Positions 44,131-52,744 of a stretch of DNA of 64,000 bases are shown in pieces (position 1 is the stretch's first letter; each line of letters starts with the position of its first letter). The notes beneath the pieces were generated by a model, which worked only from the letters and a program-made list of their open reading frames with translations, ran no database searches and was not told the origin of the DNA. Made by a program: the position numbers and the translations under genes. The DNA is from Porticoccaceae bacterium (GTDB lineage Bacteria > Pseudomonadota > Gammaproteobacteria > Pseudomonadales > Porticoccaceae): assembly GCA_002702725.1 (NCBI GenBank), contig PABE01000114.1, positions 35,843 through 99,842 of the forward strand. Direction: 5' to 3'.

Positions 44131-45045
44131 AAAAACCTTGACTTATCTTACCATGTCGTACCATAACGTAACCCAACCCAACGGAACATGCTTTAACTTA
44201 ACAAAGCAAAACTCGCGTTAACCGGCGATACTACTTATTGAAAAGACTAAGTGTCTCTCCAATAGAAATCTCACTTGTAGACTTCTGGACCTTTGTTGCG
44301 ATCTTTTTCGCAGATGTCTTCTTTGAAAACAGCGATATAGCTCCCATCTGCGCCGAAGCTACCACATGCTGTCTCTTGTAATCTTCCGGAAGAGAGTCGA
44401 ACTTAACGACACTCAGTTTGTCGAGAGTCCTTTTTGACGCCCGAAGTATCCTAACTCTGTCGCTTTCGGTTGTGTCGACAATCTCCTCGTCATCGAGTCG
44501 CTTTAGCCCAACCCCTCGCTCTACCCCGAAGACAATACCACATTCGAGCAGTAAGCTTCGCCTCGCCGTGACTAGCGATGAAGATGCATGCTTACGCACG
44601 TCCCGGCCAATGGCCGTGCTAATTTCATCGTATGTTATTAACTGACCGACACTGGCAGCTTTGAGCATAGACTCAATAATTCGAGTGTCGGATGATTTTT
44701 CGTGGATCATGGTGCATCTTCATCCTGAAAGGATCGTTATCCGAAAAAACCTTGACTTGTCTTGGCGCACTGCAACCAAACGAAACATAACGCAACAGGA
44801 CCAAACAAAACGAGCCCTAACGAAACGCAATGCGTTGAAATAAAAAACCTTGACTTGTCTTACCAAAGCGCAACTCAACTCAACGAAACCAAACCCAACC
44901 TGACCCAACGAAACTAAACGCGACTAATTGTATTGTTGTTGTGTTAAAAAGCCTTGACTTACCTCTCCGTGTCACAACGCAACTCACTCCAACGCAACCA
45001 TACTCAGCACAACGCATCTAAACACAACGAGAATCAGTGCCAAGA
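44131..45045 (+). repeat. array of A-tract+CCTTGACTT motifs with AACGNAAC-rich, A/C-skewed spacers
   Basis: Motif AAAAA(A)CCTTGACTT(A/G)(T/C)CT at 44131, 44744, 44842 and 44946, with a degenerate fifth copy at 45753. At least 11 AACG(N)AAC-type words on the plus strand lie between 44770 and 45035. Confidence 0.8.
44231..44710 (-). CDS. winged-HTH-like regulator candidate (159 aa)
   Basis: The segment LITYDEISTAIGRDVRKHASSSLVTARRSL is HTH-like. The gene is flanked on both sides by the CCTTGACTT motif. Confidence 0.45.
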   Translation of the reverse strand: MIHEKSSDTRIIESMLKAASVGQLITYDEISTAIGRDVRKHASSSLVTARRSLLLECGIVFGVERGVGLKRLDDEEIVDTTESDRVRILRASKRTLDKLSVVKFDSLPEDYKRQHVVASAQMGAISLFSKKTSAKKIATKVQKSTSEISIGETLSLFNK

Positions 45046-45684
45046 CTAAACCCAGTCAACATCCTCAACGGAAAATCGACCGTAATAGCCGTTGTTTCTT
45101 GGGCGGAATCTGCCAACTCCGATGAACGAACCGGCGTCACGAAGGTGCTCAGTGAATACGTCTTTCGTGATAATCTCGTCAAGCACTAGGAACTCAACGA
45201 CACCATCCCAATTCTGAACAAGCGGAAAGCACTTCTCTACTCGCTTGCTTCCTCCGCGCCGACCGTCGCTTGGAACGTGCAGCCATTCTCCGTGGATGTC
45301 GTCGATCTTTGTGTCAAGAACGAGCGGCTCGACCACAAGAATCCCGGCTTCAAAGTGCTTTGTAAATGTTGACTTTCCTTTGCCTGGGATCTGGATTGAT
45401 TTGTACTTTGCGGCTTCGGCCAGGCAGTTCTTAAAGCACATTGGTGGAATGAACAAATTGCCTTCTTTTGTAACGTGGCAGCGTTCTTTCCACACTCGCT
45501 TTTCAAAGTCTGCGTGAGTCTCGTCGCGACTCTTTTCGGACTGAATGAATCGGCCTTGGGAGTACGGGCTTGCACTCTTCAGGCGGCAGATTGCTTTCTT
45601 CACAGGTATTCTCGCATCTTCAAGTATCACAGCAGACGAAAGGCACTGCTGACTGCCTTTGTGCTCATGCACATGACAAGACAA
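45046..45684 (-). CDS. hypothetical protein (212 aa)
   Basis: ORF with a conserved-looking C-terminus GVGRFRPRNNGYYGRFSV. I could not identify the family. Confidence 0.5.
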   Translation of the reverse strand: MSCHVHEHKGSQQCLSSAVILEDARIPVKKAICRLKSASPYSQGRFIQSEKSRDETHADFEKRVWKERCHVTKEGNLFIPPMCFKNCLAEAAKYKSIQIPGKGKSTFTKHFEAGILVVEPLVLDTKIDDIHGEWLHVPSDGRRGGSKRVEKCFPLVQNWDGVVEFLVLDEIITKDVFTEHLRDAGSFIGVGRFRPRNNGYYGRFSVEDVDWV

Positions 45685-45848
45685 TCATACCCAAGTTGCG
45701 GAAGACGTCAACCAAAATCCACAAAAAAATCCCAGGCTTGGGACCTGGGATTAAAAACCATGACATACCGTGACAGAACTCATCGTACTTTAACACAACG
45801 CATCTTGACGTATCAGGACGTGCTACGCCGTACGTCGACGTGTTGATC

Positions 45849-45901
45849 AAAAAACCCAGCGCCGCAAGCTAGGAGGGTGGCATTGTGCCCGCGGCGCTGG
45901 G
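45849..45901 (-). terminator. intrinsic terminator (minus strand)
   Basis: Inverted repeat CCCAGCGCCGC (45855-45865) / GCGGCGCTGGG (45891-45901), with a T-run on the minus strand (45849-45854). It lies 16 nt after the stop of 45917-46423. Confidence 0.6.
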
Positions 45902-45916
45902 GTGCTGGTTGAATCG

Positions 45917-46423
45917 CTATGCGCTGTAGTCAGGCAGCGCTTCGCAGACCTCGTAAAGAAACTCGACGGTCACGAGACCGCCAGCAGTGAATTTCTCGTC
46001 CGATGCAGTTCCACCAGTCTGGCAAGTGTAGAGCGATACTGTCGTTTCACTTGCAATGACTGCATGCGCAATCATGCTTGTGACTTTCGTATTCGCTGTC
46101 AGCGCAGACGTGAGCCCGTAAAGATCTGGATCTGCGGCAGTTCCAACTCCGATTTTTGCGAAATTGTCTGACCCGGAGCCGTCGCCGGTTACAGCCGTGT
46201 CGATTCGAGCACGAACTGCCTTGACAACAGCCCCCGCTGGAAGAGTATTTGTCAAGTCGACCTTGAGCGAGTTTGTCAATGTGACTTGCTCGCTGAAAGA
46301 CACCAAGTCTGTGATGTCTTGCTCGACCTCAACCTCTTCCAAGATCTCCTTGATCTCGTCCGCAGCTGCCTTGTTGCCAAGCGCCGTCTGTAGGGACCGC
46401 ACGGTCCCGCTCTTCAGTGTCAT
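45917..46423 (-). CDS. hypothetical protein (168 aa)
   Basis: ATGA overlap with the upstream gene, and followed by a terminator. Confidence 0.55.
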   Translation of the reverse strand: MTLKSGTVRSLQTALGNKAAADEIKEILEEVEVEQDITDLVSFSEQVTLTNSLKVDLTNTLPAGAVVKAVRARIDTAVTGDGSGSDNFAKIGVGTAADPDLYGLTSALTANTKVTSMIAHAVIASETTVSLYTCQTGGTASDEKFTAGGLVTVEFLYEVCEALPDYSA

Positions 46424-46953
46424 AAATCCTCGTCTCCTTCAAATCGCGGCATCTGCGCCGCTAAAGCACCTTCGATATCTGGGCCACGCCACCCAGGTGG
46501 TTTCCTTACTTTTCCGTTCTCGTCTTTGTGGGCGCCGGGGCCAAACTTTCGGTCGTTTGCGTCACACACTTCCAGCGTCGGAAGAAAGTCGCTTACTCCC
46601 ATCGCAAGAAGCATCCAGTGGCAGACGTATTGGGTATCAATGCAGCCGTCAGTTGATTCCTTCAGGCTGAACTGGCTATCGGCCAAGTTGATCAGATCGA
46701 GCTTTCCGGCGTCGTTGAATCCGATCTTAAACCCAAGAGCCTCGATAGTTTCCCTTGCCTCTTCAAGGATCAGCGAAGCACCCAAGCGTCTGACATCAGC
46801 CCCCGGATCTCCGGGGAATGGCAAGACTGGCTGGTTTCCTTGATCCATAAAAGCAAGAACTCGCTTGGCCACATCGCTCTTGCTGCAAGGAGCAGACGAT
46901 TTGATAAATTCGCGGTATTCATCCTGCGCCTTAATCTGTTCTTCGCTAAGCAT
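46420..46953 (-). CDS. MazG-like nucleotide pyrophosphohydrolase (all-alpha NTP-PPase)
   Basis: RRLGASLILEEARETIEAL ... DGCIDTQYV ... ENGKVRKPPGWRGPDIE follows the pattern of phage MazG/HisE-like proteins. Confidence 0.5.
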   Translation of the reverse strand: MLSEEQIKAQDEYREFIKSSAPCSKSDVAKRVLAFMDQGNQPVLPFPGDPGADVRRLGASLILEEARETIEALGFKIGFNDAGKLDLINLADSQFSLKESTDGCIDTQYVCHWMLLAMGVSDFLPTLEVCDANDRKFGPGAHKDENGKVRKPPGWRGPDIEGALAAQMPRFEGDEDL

Positions 46954-47467
46954 TGAGTGCGTCCCTGCAAGTGATAGCTACGGCAAGTGCCTGCCAAACG
47001 TGACTTGAGATTCCGTACAGCGGGCCTTGGTTTTTCTTTGTTCCAACCTGCGGTACTTTTCCACCACCAGTTGGTTCGTACATGTCGATTATGGCCTGAC
47101 GGACGTTCGAGTCGCCTGCTCTGCTGTTCTTGCAAATATGTAGCAAGATAGCCGGTATCCCCTCAGAATCCTGCTTTCGGTAGAGTAGCTTTGCAGGTGT
47201 GCCAGAAGAGCCAAGTTCATAAGCCTCCTGGAATCTCCCAATCCAGCGTACCGTCTCGAACGTGGATGATCCGACAGCGAGCCCATAACTGGCCACCATT
47301 TCGATTGCTAGCTCTGATTCGCCAAAGTACCGATCACGAATCATCTGCAGCAAATCTTCGTTCGCGCAGTATCCGTGCTCGATTACTTCCGTTCCGTCGA
47401 TCCAAGCCCAGGCGCTTTGCCAAGTACCTGGATCAACACCAACGACTCTCGGTCCAATCCTTGACAC
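46946..47467 (-). CDS. RuvC-like Holliday junction resolvase
   Basis: Motifs VVGVDPG, ELAIEMV and HVWQALAVAI. A GTG start at 47467 was chosen so that the gene does not overlap ssb. Confidence 0.55.
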   Translation of the reverse strand: MSRIGPRVVGVDPGTWQSAWAWIDGTEVIEHGYCANEDLLQMIRDRYFGESELAIEMVASYGLAVGSSTFETVRWIGRFQEAYELGSSGTPAKLLYRKQDSEGIPAILLHICKNSRAGDSNVRQAIIDMYEPTGGGKVPQVGTKKNQGPLYGISSHVWQALAVAITCRDALNA

Positions 47468-47477
47468 AAATGGCTTC

Positions 47478-47897
47478 CTAGAAAGGAATGTCGTCAGCAG
47501 TTTCGTAACTTGAACTGCTTTGCTGCTGCTGTCGTGGCTTTCCGTTCGACTGGGCGCCACTGCCATCGCCCTTGCCGCCAAGCATCTGCATCTTGTCGCC
47601 GATGACACTCAGCTTGGATCGCTTCTGGCCATCAGATTCCCACTGGTCAAGTTTGAGACGCCCTTCAACAAGGATGTTCGATCCCTTCTGCAGGTATTCG
47701 CCGCACACTTCAGCCGTTCGCCCAAAGAACGTCACGTCGACAAATGTCGTTTCATCTGTCCACTCGCCGTTCTTCTTAACGCGATCATTTACCGCGAGAC
47801 CAAGCGTTGTGATCGCAGTTCCGCTTTGCGCGTACTTGATCTCGATGTCTCGCGTGACGTTTCCGGCGAGAATAACTCTGTTGAATGACGCTGCCAT
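47478..47897 (-). CDS. ssb: single-stranded DNA-binding protein
   Basis: The OB-fold N-terminus is NRVILAGNVTRDIEIKY, and the acidic C-terminal tip is ...DDIPF. Confidence 0.9.
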   Translation of the reverse strand: MAASFNRVILAGNVTRDIEIKYAQSGTAITTLGLAVNDRVKKNGEWTDETTFVDVTFFGRTAEVCGEYLQKGSNILVEGRLKLDQWESDGQKRSKLSVIGDKMQMLGGKGDGSGAQSNGKPRQQQQSSSSYETADDIPF

Positions 47898-48535
47898 TAC
47901 GCAACTGCCTCTTCTTCTGGGGTGCTGATTCCAACAGCCTCAAGAACCTTGACTTCCAGTTCGTGAAGCGTTCCACTGTTCTCGATCTTGCAGTCAGCCA
48001 TCTGGGCAACTGCCATCTTTTCGCTAGCGTGACTGACGTTCGTATCGATTCGTGGATTCTCTACCCACAAGATGATCCCACCCAGCGACTTGATGTACTC
48101 ACCTTCGTTCGGAAAACGAACATCGCTAATCACGAAGCAAGGTGGAGGCATCTTCGCAGCCTTCGCAAACTGCTCAAGATCCTGAATCTTCTTGTCAACT
48201 TGCTTGATCCAGCAGTCGGCGCCGAACATGTTCCGGCAAACCTCAGTGCCGAAATACTGCAAGTGATGACGAACATCTTCGGACTTCTTCGCCTCATCCC
48301 AGCCAACTGCGTCAACAAGTTTGCTGAGACGATTGAGCCAGGTAATTGGGACATCAGGATCGTTTGTGATCCCGTTGCTGCCCTGCCTGGCAACGACAAT
48401 CGGGTCGAGCTTTAGAAGCCCATCTCTGACAGAGTCCGCAAAAGCAAGCTTTGTGTACCCTCTCTCAACCAGGAAAGACGCGGCAGTATCTTTGCCGTGC
48501 CTCATCTTCCCGCATATACCTACTAAATTTGCCAC
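47897..48535 (-). CDS. dNMP-kinase-like P-loop protein
   Basis: Motifs GICGKMRHGKDT, LQYFGTEVCR and ISDVRFPNEGEYIK. The GTG start is preceded by GGAGGA. Confidence 0.65.
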   Translation of the reverse strand: MANLVGICGKMRHGKDTAASFLVERGYTKLAFADSVRDGLLKLDPIVVARQGSNGITNDPDVPITWLNRLSKLVDAVGWDEAKKSEDVRHHLQYFGTEVCRNMFGADCWIKQVDKKIQDLEQFAKAAKMPPPCFVISDVRFPNEGEYIKSLGGIILWVENPRIDTNVSHASEKMAVAQMADCKIENSGTLHELEVKVLEAVGISTPEEEAVA

Positions 48536-48576
48536 CGCTATCCTCCGGGTGCGTTTGGAGAAATTACATTCGCCAG

Positions 48577-48605
48577 ATTCTACGTCCGGTTGCGAAACTT
48601 GTCAA
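48577..48605 (-). promoter_or_regulatory. sigma70-like promoter (TTGACA-N17-TAGAAT, minus strand)
   Basis: -35 at 48600-48605 and -10 at 48577-48582, in the gap upstream of the kinase-ssb-ruvC-mazG genes. Confidence 0.6.
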
Positions 48606-48612
48606 CCAGAAT

Positions 48613-49722
48613 TTAATCGCAAAAAACTTCGCGAACGTCAACAGCGCCTGGCCGGTCCCGGTCAATCACGATGAATGTCTGCGATGGATGCGAGAAAGCA
48701 GCCTTCACTCGGCGCTGTGCGTAGGCGTTGTACCCAATCAAGCAATTGCAGCTGACGAACTTCGGGTGGCGAAGGAATTGGTGCCAATGGCCGAAGACAT
48801 CCAGGTCGCTCTTTAGGCCATCGTCCCAGTTGCGGATTGCCTTCAGGACAGGAATGGTGATCCCCCCTACCCCGCCGTTGTATCGAATCTCGTCTCCGTG
48901 GTGGAAGCGAACTCGCTTGCCTTCGATGTTGGCGAGATTGAAGTAGGAGTTCACAACGTGCCATTTGACTTTTGGCTCGTTGCGATAGTCCTTCTCCATC
49001 CACTTGTAAAGCAGCCACTCGTAGCTCTGCTTATGCGCCGTGGAGACGCGAGGCTTCTGGGAGATTCTCCCGTGGTTTCCAGCCGACGTGTAAATGTCGA
49101 CCTGCTCAACCCCAGTCTCCTTCACGATCGTATCAATCGCCGAGTGCAAGTGATCACGAGCGAACATCAGCGCCTCGGTTGGCGACAGGTAGTTCGATTC
49201 CTTCTGATCGTCGTGGAGGTGGCCGGTGATCATGTCACCGAGGACCGGAATCGCAATCCGATGGATGTTTGAGATCGACCGGACAGAATCCAGCAGCAGC
49301 AAGAACCGCTGTACGCATTTTTCAACACGCTTCGCAGCAATGTCCAGGTTGAACTCGTTAAGACCGTTGATCGTTGACGGATCTACCTGTTCTTCGCAGT
49401 GCCAGTCAGTCAAGACCAACATTGCAGTTGCGTCTCCACCGGAGTAACTCGGCTCTGGCTCATAGGTCTCGTACATCTCTGGAGTGGAAGAATCCAAAGA
49501 CTCCAGGACTTCTGATTGGGCGAGAAGCAACTCGACATCGTCTTCAAGCTGTTTGCGCTGCGCTCTCTCGGTCGTCAGTTCTCTGTAGTAGCTCTTGGCC
49601 TTTTTCTCGGCATCAAGGGCGCGACGAAGGAACAGTGCTGGCTCCACGCTGTTTGGGGGCATGGCTGCCAAGTCAGTGAGCGGGACCTGTGAAAGCAAGT
49701 CTGCTGGGGGTGCATCGGTCAT
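48613..49722 (-). CDS. calcineurin-like metallophosphoesterase
   Basis: Motifs LVLTDWHCEE, VLGDMITGH, AGNHGR, FHHGDE and GHWHQ. Confidence 0.75.
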   Translation of the reverse strand: MTDAPPADLLSQVPLTDLAAMPPNSVEPALFLRRALDAEKKAKSYYRELTTERAQRKQLEDDVELLLAQSEVLESLDSSTPEMYETYEPEPSYSGGDATAMLVLTDWHCEEQVDPSTINGLNEFNLDIAAKRVEKCVQRFLLLLDSVRSISNIHRIAIPVLGDMITGHLHDDQKESNYLSPTEALMFARDHLHSAIDTIVKETGVEQVDIYTSAGNHGRISQKPRVSTAHKQSYEWLLYKWMEKDYRNEPKVKWHVVNSYFNLANIEGKRVRFHHGDEIRYNGGVGGITIPVLKAIRNWDDGLKSDLDVFGHWHQFLRHPKFVSCNCLIGYNAYAQRRVKAAFSHPSQTFIVIDRDRPGAVDVREVFCD

Positions 49723-49901
49723 CGCTGGGGGCCTTTGAGATAGCGCGTGAAACGATCGAAGGTGAATGTCAGACCCATGCGAGCCTTGGCGGCTTCGTAC
49801 AGGAACCTCCGAGAGTGATGAGAAAGCTTTCCGGTGTGGTAGTCACTTAGAAAACTGTCCCATTCTTTCTTCTTAGCGCCACTCAATTCGCTGACTTTCA
49901 T
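49719..49901 (-). CDS. small hypothetical protein (60 aa)
   Basis: The internal ATG at 49901 is preceded by GGAGAGAGAAGG. The stop overlaps the next start. Confidence 0.4.
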   Translation of the reverse strand: MKVSELSGAKKKEWDSFLSDYHTGKLSHHSRRFLYEAAKARMGLTFTFDRFTRYLKGPQR

Positions 49902-49981
49902 CGGCCTTCTCTCTCCGTGAAAAGGAAAAGGGCGTCCCTGCCCAAGAGAAGAGAGCGTCATGCTCTGGGGTGGTGGTCTCT

Positions 49982-50326
49982 CTACACGCCTTGAAGGACG
50001 TGCTTCCTCTCGATGGTTAGTTTACCGAGAGATGGGTGGTCGACGACATCGAGCTCTTCAGTGGCCAGGAACGATCGAGTAAACGAATCTCCAGGGCGAC
50101 CTGAGTAGAACGGCGTGACGAGGATATTGACTTCTGCGCCTTCATTGGCTGCAAATCCAAACCCGCTGCTAGCCGCAGGGATCTTTTGAGTTGAGACCCG
50201 GCTTCCGTCCGAGTAAACCTCAATCTGCCAGGAGTCCAGATCAGCGCCGCAGCAATCTCCACCGCAGCACTGGTTAATCTCTTGTCTGAAGTAAAGGATT
50301 TCAGTGTCTTGCACGCTTGCCTCCAT
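49982..50326 (-). CDS. hypothetical protein (114 aa) with a CCGGDCCG motif
   Basis: The ORF is preceded by AGGAAG and by the TTTGCGCATATAA motif. Confidence 0.5.
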   Translation of the reverse strand: MEASVQDTEILYFRQEINQCCGGDCCGADLDSWQIEVYSDGSRVSTQKIPAASSGFGFAANEGAEVNILVTPFYSGRPGDSFTRSFLATEELDVVDHPSLGKLTIERKHVLQGV

Positions 50327-51177
50327 GATGATGAACTTCCTCTCTCACAATGTTATATGCGCAAAGCCCAAAGTGACGCCAATCAGATGGTGGAATTTTC
50401 TGAAGGGGATGAGTCGTTGCAGGTTTTTTCCATTGAGGGAAGTGAATATGGATTGTTGTGCAGAGTAGCACGGCAAGATGAATCACCAGTTGCGTGACTT
50501 CCGAGAGGAGCCACAAACAAACTGAATCTTCCCTTCTTCCATGGAGAATTCCTCAGCGGCGCGAACCAAGAATCTATCCCAGTGTTGACTCATGCCAGCA
50601 GAAAACTCAGTTAGAACACACATCATTAACGACTCAACCATCGCATTCGAGTGTCCACCCTCTGAAAGACTTCCTGCCTTGCGCGCGAATTTTTTTCAGT
50701 GCATTGAGTGATTTGCAGAAGAGAGTCGGTCTGTTGCGCGCGCAAAGAGTCGTTTGAGTAGCAAAGTCGCTGAAGGGTTCATACGCGCGCACCCTGGGCC
50801 TTAGTGGGGCGGCCAAGATGGCAAAAGACACTCTCGCGTAGTACCAAAAGCCGGGGTTTCCCCTCGACACCGAAGCAAAGCTAGCGTATTTCAGCCCTTA
50901 TAGGTGCAGTACATCAACTGTTATCACCGTCCGGTAACTGCGCGTCCACTAGCTCGTCGGCCTGCTAACCCAGTGCGCCACTCATAGCTTAGGAGCCTTG
51001 GCGTAGTGATGCCTACGTTTCCGACTCGGTCGCTTACTTGCCATCGCTGACAAGTGGACTTCCACAGATTGGGTACAACGCTCAAACGAGTGCCCCGGCA
51101 AGCACGCCTGTGGCGTATTACACTCGCCGGTTGCAGCCTGACATTTGGGATCAGGCGCCCATGTCTGACATGCGGGT

Positions 51178-51447
51178 TCAGACGCCCGTTGCGGTCCCAT
51201 GGTTTTTCGGGGGCCACTGCTTAATGAGATTGCCGTCCTTGTCCTTCTTGTTGTCTTCGTATATTCGCTTGACAACTCCGCTGGCGTGCAGCCAGTCCCA
51301 GTATTGCTTATCTCTGACGCGAACCTGCGACAGCCGAAGGCCTGCGTGTTTTCCGAACATGACGATGAGCTTAGCCTCTGCTTTGGCTCGCCTCATGCCG
51401 ACTATGTTGTTCGCGCCACGCTTGCGATATTTCTTTTTCTTAGCCAT
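51178..51447 (-). CDS. DUF3820-like small basic protein
   Basis: VMFGKHAGLRLSQV...YWDWL resembles the FGKYKG...L..V...Y..WL signature. Confidence 0.4.
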   Translation of the reverse strand: MAKKKKYRKRGANNIVGMRRAKAEAKLIVMFGKHAGLRLSQVRVRDKQYWDWLHASGVVKRIYEDNKKDKDGNLIKQWPPKNHGTATGV

Positions 51448-52144
51448 TTGTTTCCGCTTCTAAACGCTTTGCTGCCTGATCGCACCAAGCTTCACTGCAT
51501 TCAATGCCAATAGCCTTTCTGCCCTCGCGCACTGCCGCAATCAGTGTTGACCCTGATCCCGCAAATGGATCCAAAACAGTCTCCCCGAATCGCGAACTGC
51601 TTTCGATCATCTCCTGCAGTAACATCACTGGCTTCTCCGTTGGATGGTGCCCTTTTCGCCCATTCCTGCGCTGGTATCGAAGGATACTCCCTTTTCGCAG
51701 TTTTGACGCCAAGCCCTCCTTGCCGCGATGCCTAGAAGCCCTATCCGCCTTGGCGAAGAACATAATCGGTTCGTGCTGTTTCGCCCATGGCGATTTAAGG
51801 TCGCCACCAGACAGTGATACCTTGTCCCAGATCAGCTGGACTGGCTTCGTGATCTTCAGTGTTGACAAATCAAATTCGCCAAACACGTATGCGTGCCTCG
51901 CAATATTCAGTTTTCCGACTGCCAGATCTAGGCACGCTGCAACATCCAGCGACCCGTCATCACCTGGTATCTTTTCGCCGTCGGTCCATCCTGATTTATA
52001 ATCAACGCCGTATGGCGGATCGGTGACAATTAGGTCAACCGTCTGAAGCAATGGCAAAACGTCACGGCAGTCACCGTGATACAGCACCGCCTCATCGCTC
52101 TCCCAGTATGGAGACAATGCCTGTGCAATAATGCCATCAACCAC
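51440..52144 (-). CDS. DNA N6-adenine/N4-cytosine methyltransferase (beta class)
   Basis: The motif order is IVTDPPYGV (motif IV) and then VLDPFAGSGST (motif I). The GTG start is preceded by AGGAA. Confidence 0.85.
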   Translation of the reverse strand: MVDGIIAQALSPYWESDEAVLYHGDCRDVLPLLQTVDLIVTDPPYGVDYKSGWTDGEKIPGDDGSLDVAACLDLAVGKLNIARHAYVFGEFDLSTLKITKPVQLIWDKVSLSGGDLKSPWAKQHEPIMFFAKADRASRHRGKEGLASKLRKGSILRYQRRNGRKGHHPTEKPVMLLQEMIESSSRFGETVLDPFAGSGSTLIAAVREGRKAIGIECSEAWCDQAAKRLEAETNG

Positions 52145-52208
52145 AGATCATTCCTCAATAAATACTTTCAAGCTGTTGCTTCATTCTATGATAACCGGCC
52201 TCTTGTAG

Positions 52209-52273
52209 TGGCGTGTGCCGGAGTCGAACCGACGTTTTCCTCTCACGCCCAATTGCCAGTAGCGGTGACTGGC
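52209..52273 (-). other. tRNA-like fragment: acceptor/T-arm minihelix plus an upstream 6-bp hairpin. It is not a complete tRNA.
   Basis: The minus strand reads GGCGTGA-GAGGAAAAC-GTCGG-TTCGACT-CCGGC-ACACGCC-A. This is a canonical T-loop with a 5-bp T-stem. The 3' acceptor strand pairs with a 5' strand only 9 nt upstream. I could not fold a D-arm or an anticodon arm. Confidence 0.5.
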
Positions 52274-52309
52274 GGAACCACCAGCTAGGGAATAATCCGA
52301 TGCATGTTG

Positions 52310-52480
52310 CTATGGGTAAATCCGCCCGACGTGGGCGCCGAGAAAAATCGCGGCTCCATACGACAGTGCAGTCATAAAGTTTGAGAATTCAGTGCCGCCT
52401 GTGATTTCTGCGCACGCAAAGAAAACAAGCATTGATAACAACAAAGCAACTGTCGAAAGCAAGAACCTGGTTCTGCTCAT
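52310..52480 (-). CDS. 56-aa membrane protein or lipoprotein candidate (not in the ORF track)
   Basis: My translation is MSRTRFLLSTVALLLSMLVFFACAEITGG...AAIFLGAHVGRIYP. It has a lipobox-like VFFAC. Confidence 0.35.
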   Translation of the reverse strand: MSRTRFLLSTVALLLSMLVFFACAEITGGTEFSNFMTALSYGAAIFLGAHVGRIYP

Positions 52481-52492
52481 TGCTGACCCATT

Positions 52493-52744
52493 TTATCTGG
52501 TGTTTTTTGGTGCGTACTCGCGCAGCTCGGAATCTGCGTATCCTTCGTTGTCTAGCCACCATCCATACATGTCGTTGTCGCAGCGAAGGAACGGTGGCTT
52601 TTCGTCGTGACTGTCTCGCTCTCTTTCGATGTACCAGTCAAAGCCGACGCTGTTCCACCAGTTTTGCCAGCGGTGGATGGCATTTTCCAGTTCTCTTCTT
52701 CTTGGCTTACGCCTGAACAGTCTCGAAAGCATCCGCCTACCCAA
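52493..52744 (-). CDS. hypothetical Trp-rich protein (83 aa)
   Basis: ORF only. Confidence 0.4.
   Translation of the reverse strand: MGRRMLSRLFRRKPRRRELENAIHRWQNWWNSVGFDWYIERERDSHDEKPPFLRCDNDMYGWWLDNEGYADSELREYAPKNTR

Noticed and set aside
44744-45045. Possible CRISPR array or tandem satellite, because of the regularly spaced ~22-nt repeats
   Set aside because: The spacing is about 100 bp rather than 60-75 bp. The repeats are not palindromic CRISPR-like units. The 'spacers' share the same AACGNAAC words, and no cas genes are present.
50594-51177. RNase P RNA, tmRNA, SRP RNA, or a group I/II intron in the ORF-poor gap
   Set aside because: I could not find the hallmark strings: a GGAAAGTCCGGGC-type P4 region, a tRNA-like 3' end with a tag ORF, a GGAA-type SRP loop context, or a domain V consensus. 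The region is left as unexplained.
52209-52309. A complete tRNA gene next to the methyltransferase
   Set aside because: Only the T-arm and acceptor 3' strand are canonical. No 5' acceptor strand exists at a distance of about 65-85 nt, and no D-arm or proper anticodon loop (U33, purine 37) could be folded. It is reported as a tRNA-like fragment instead.
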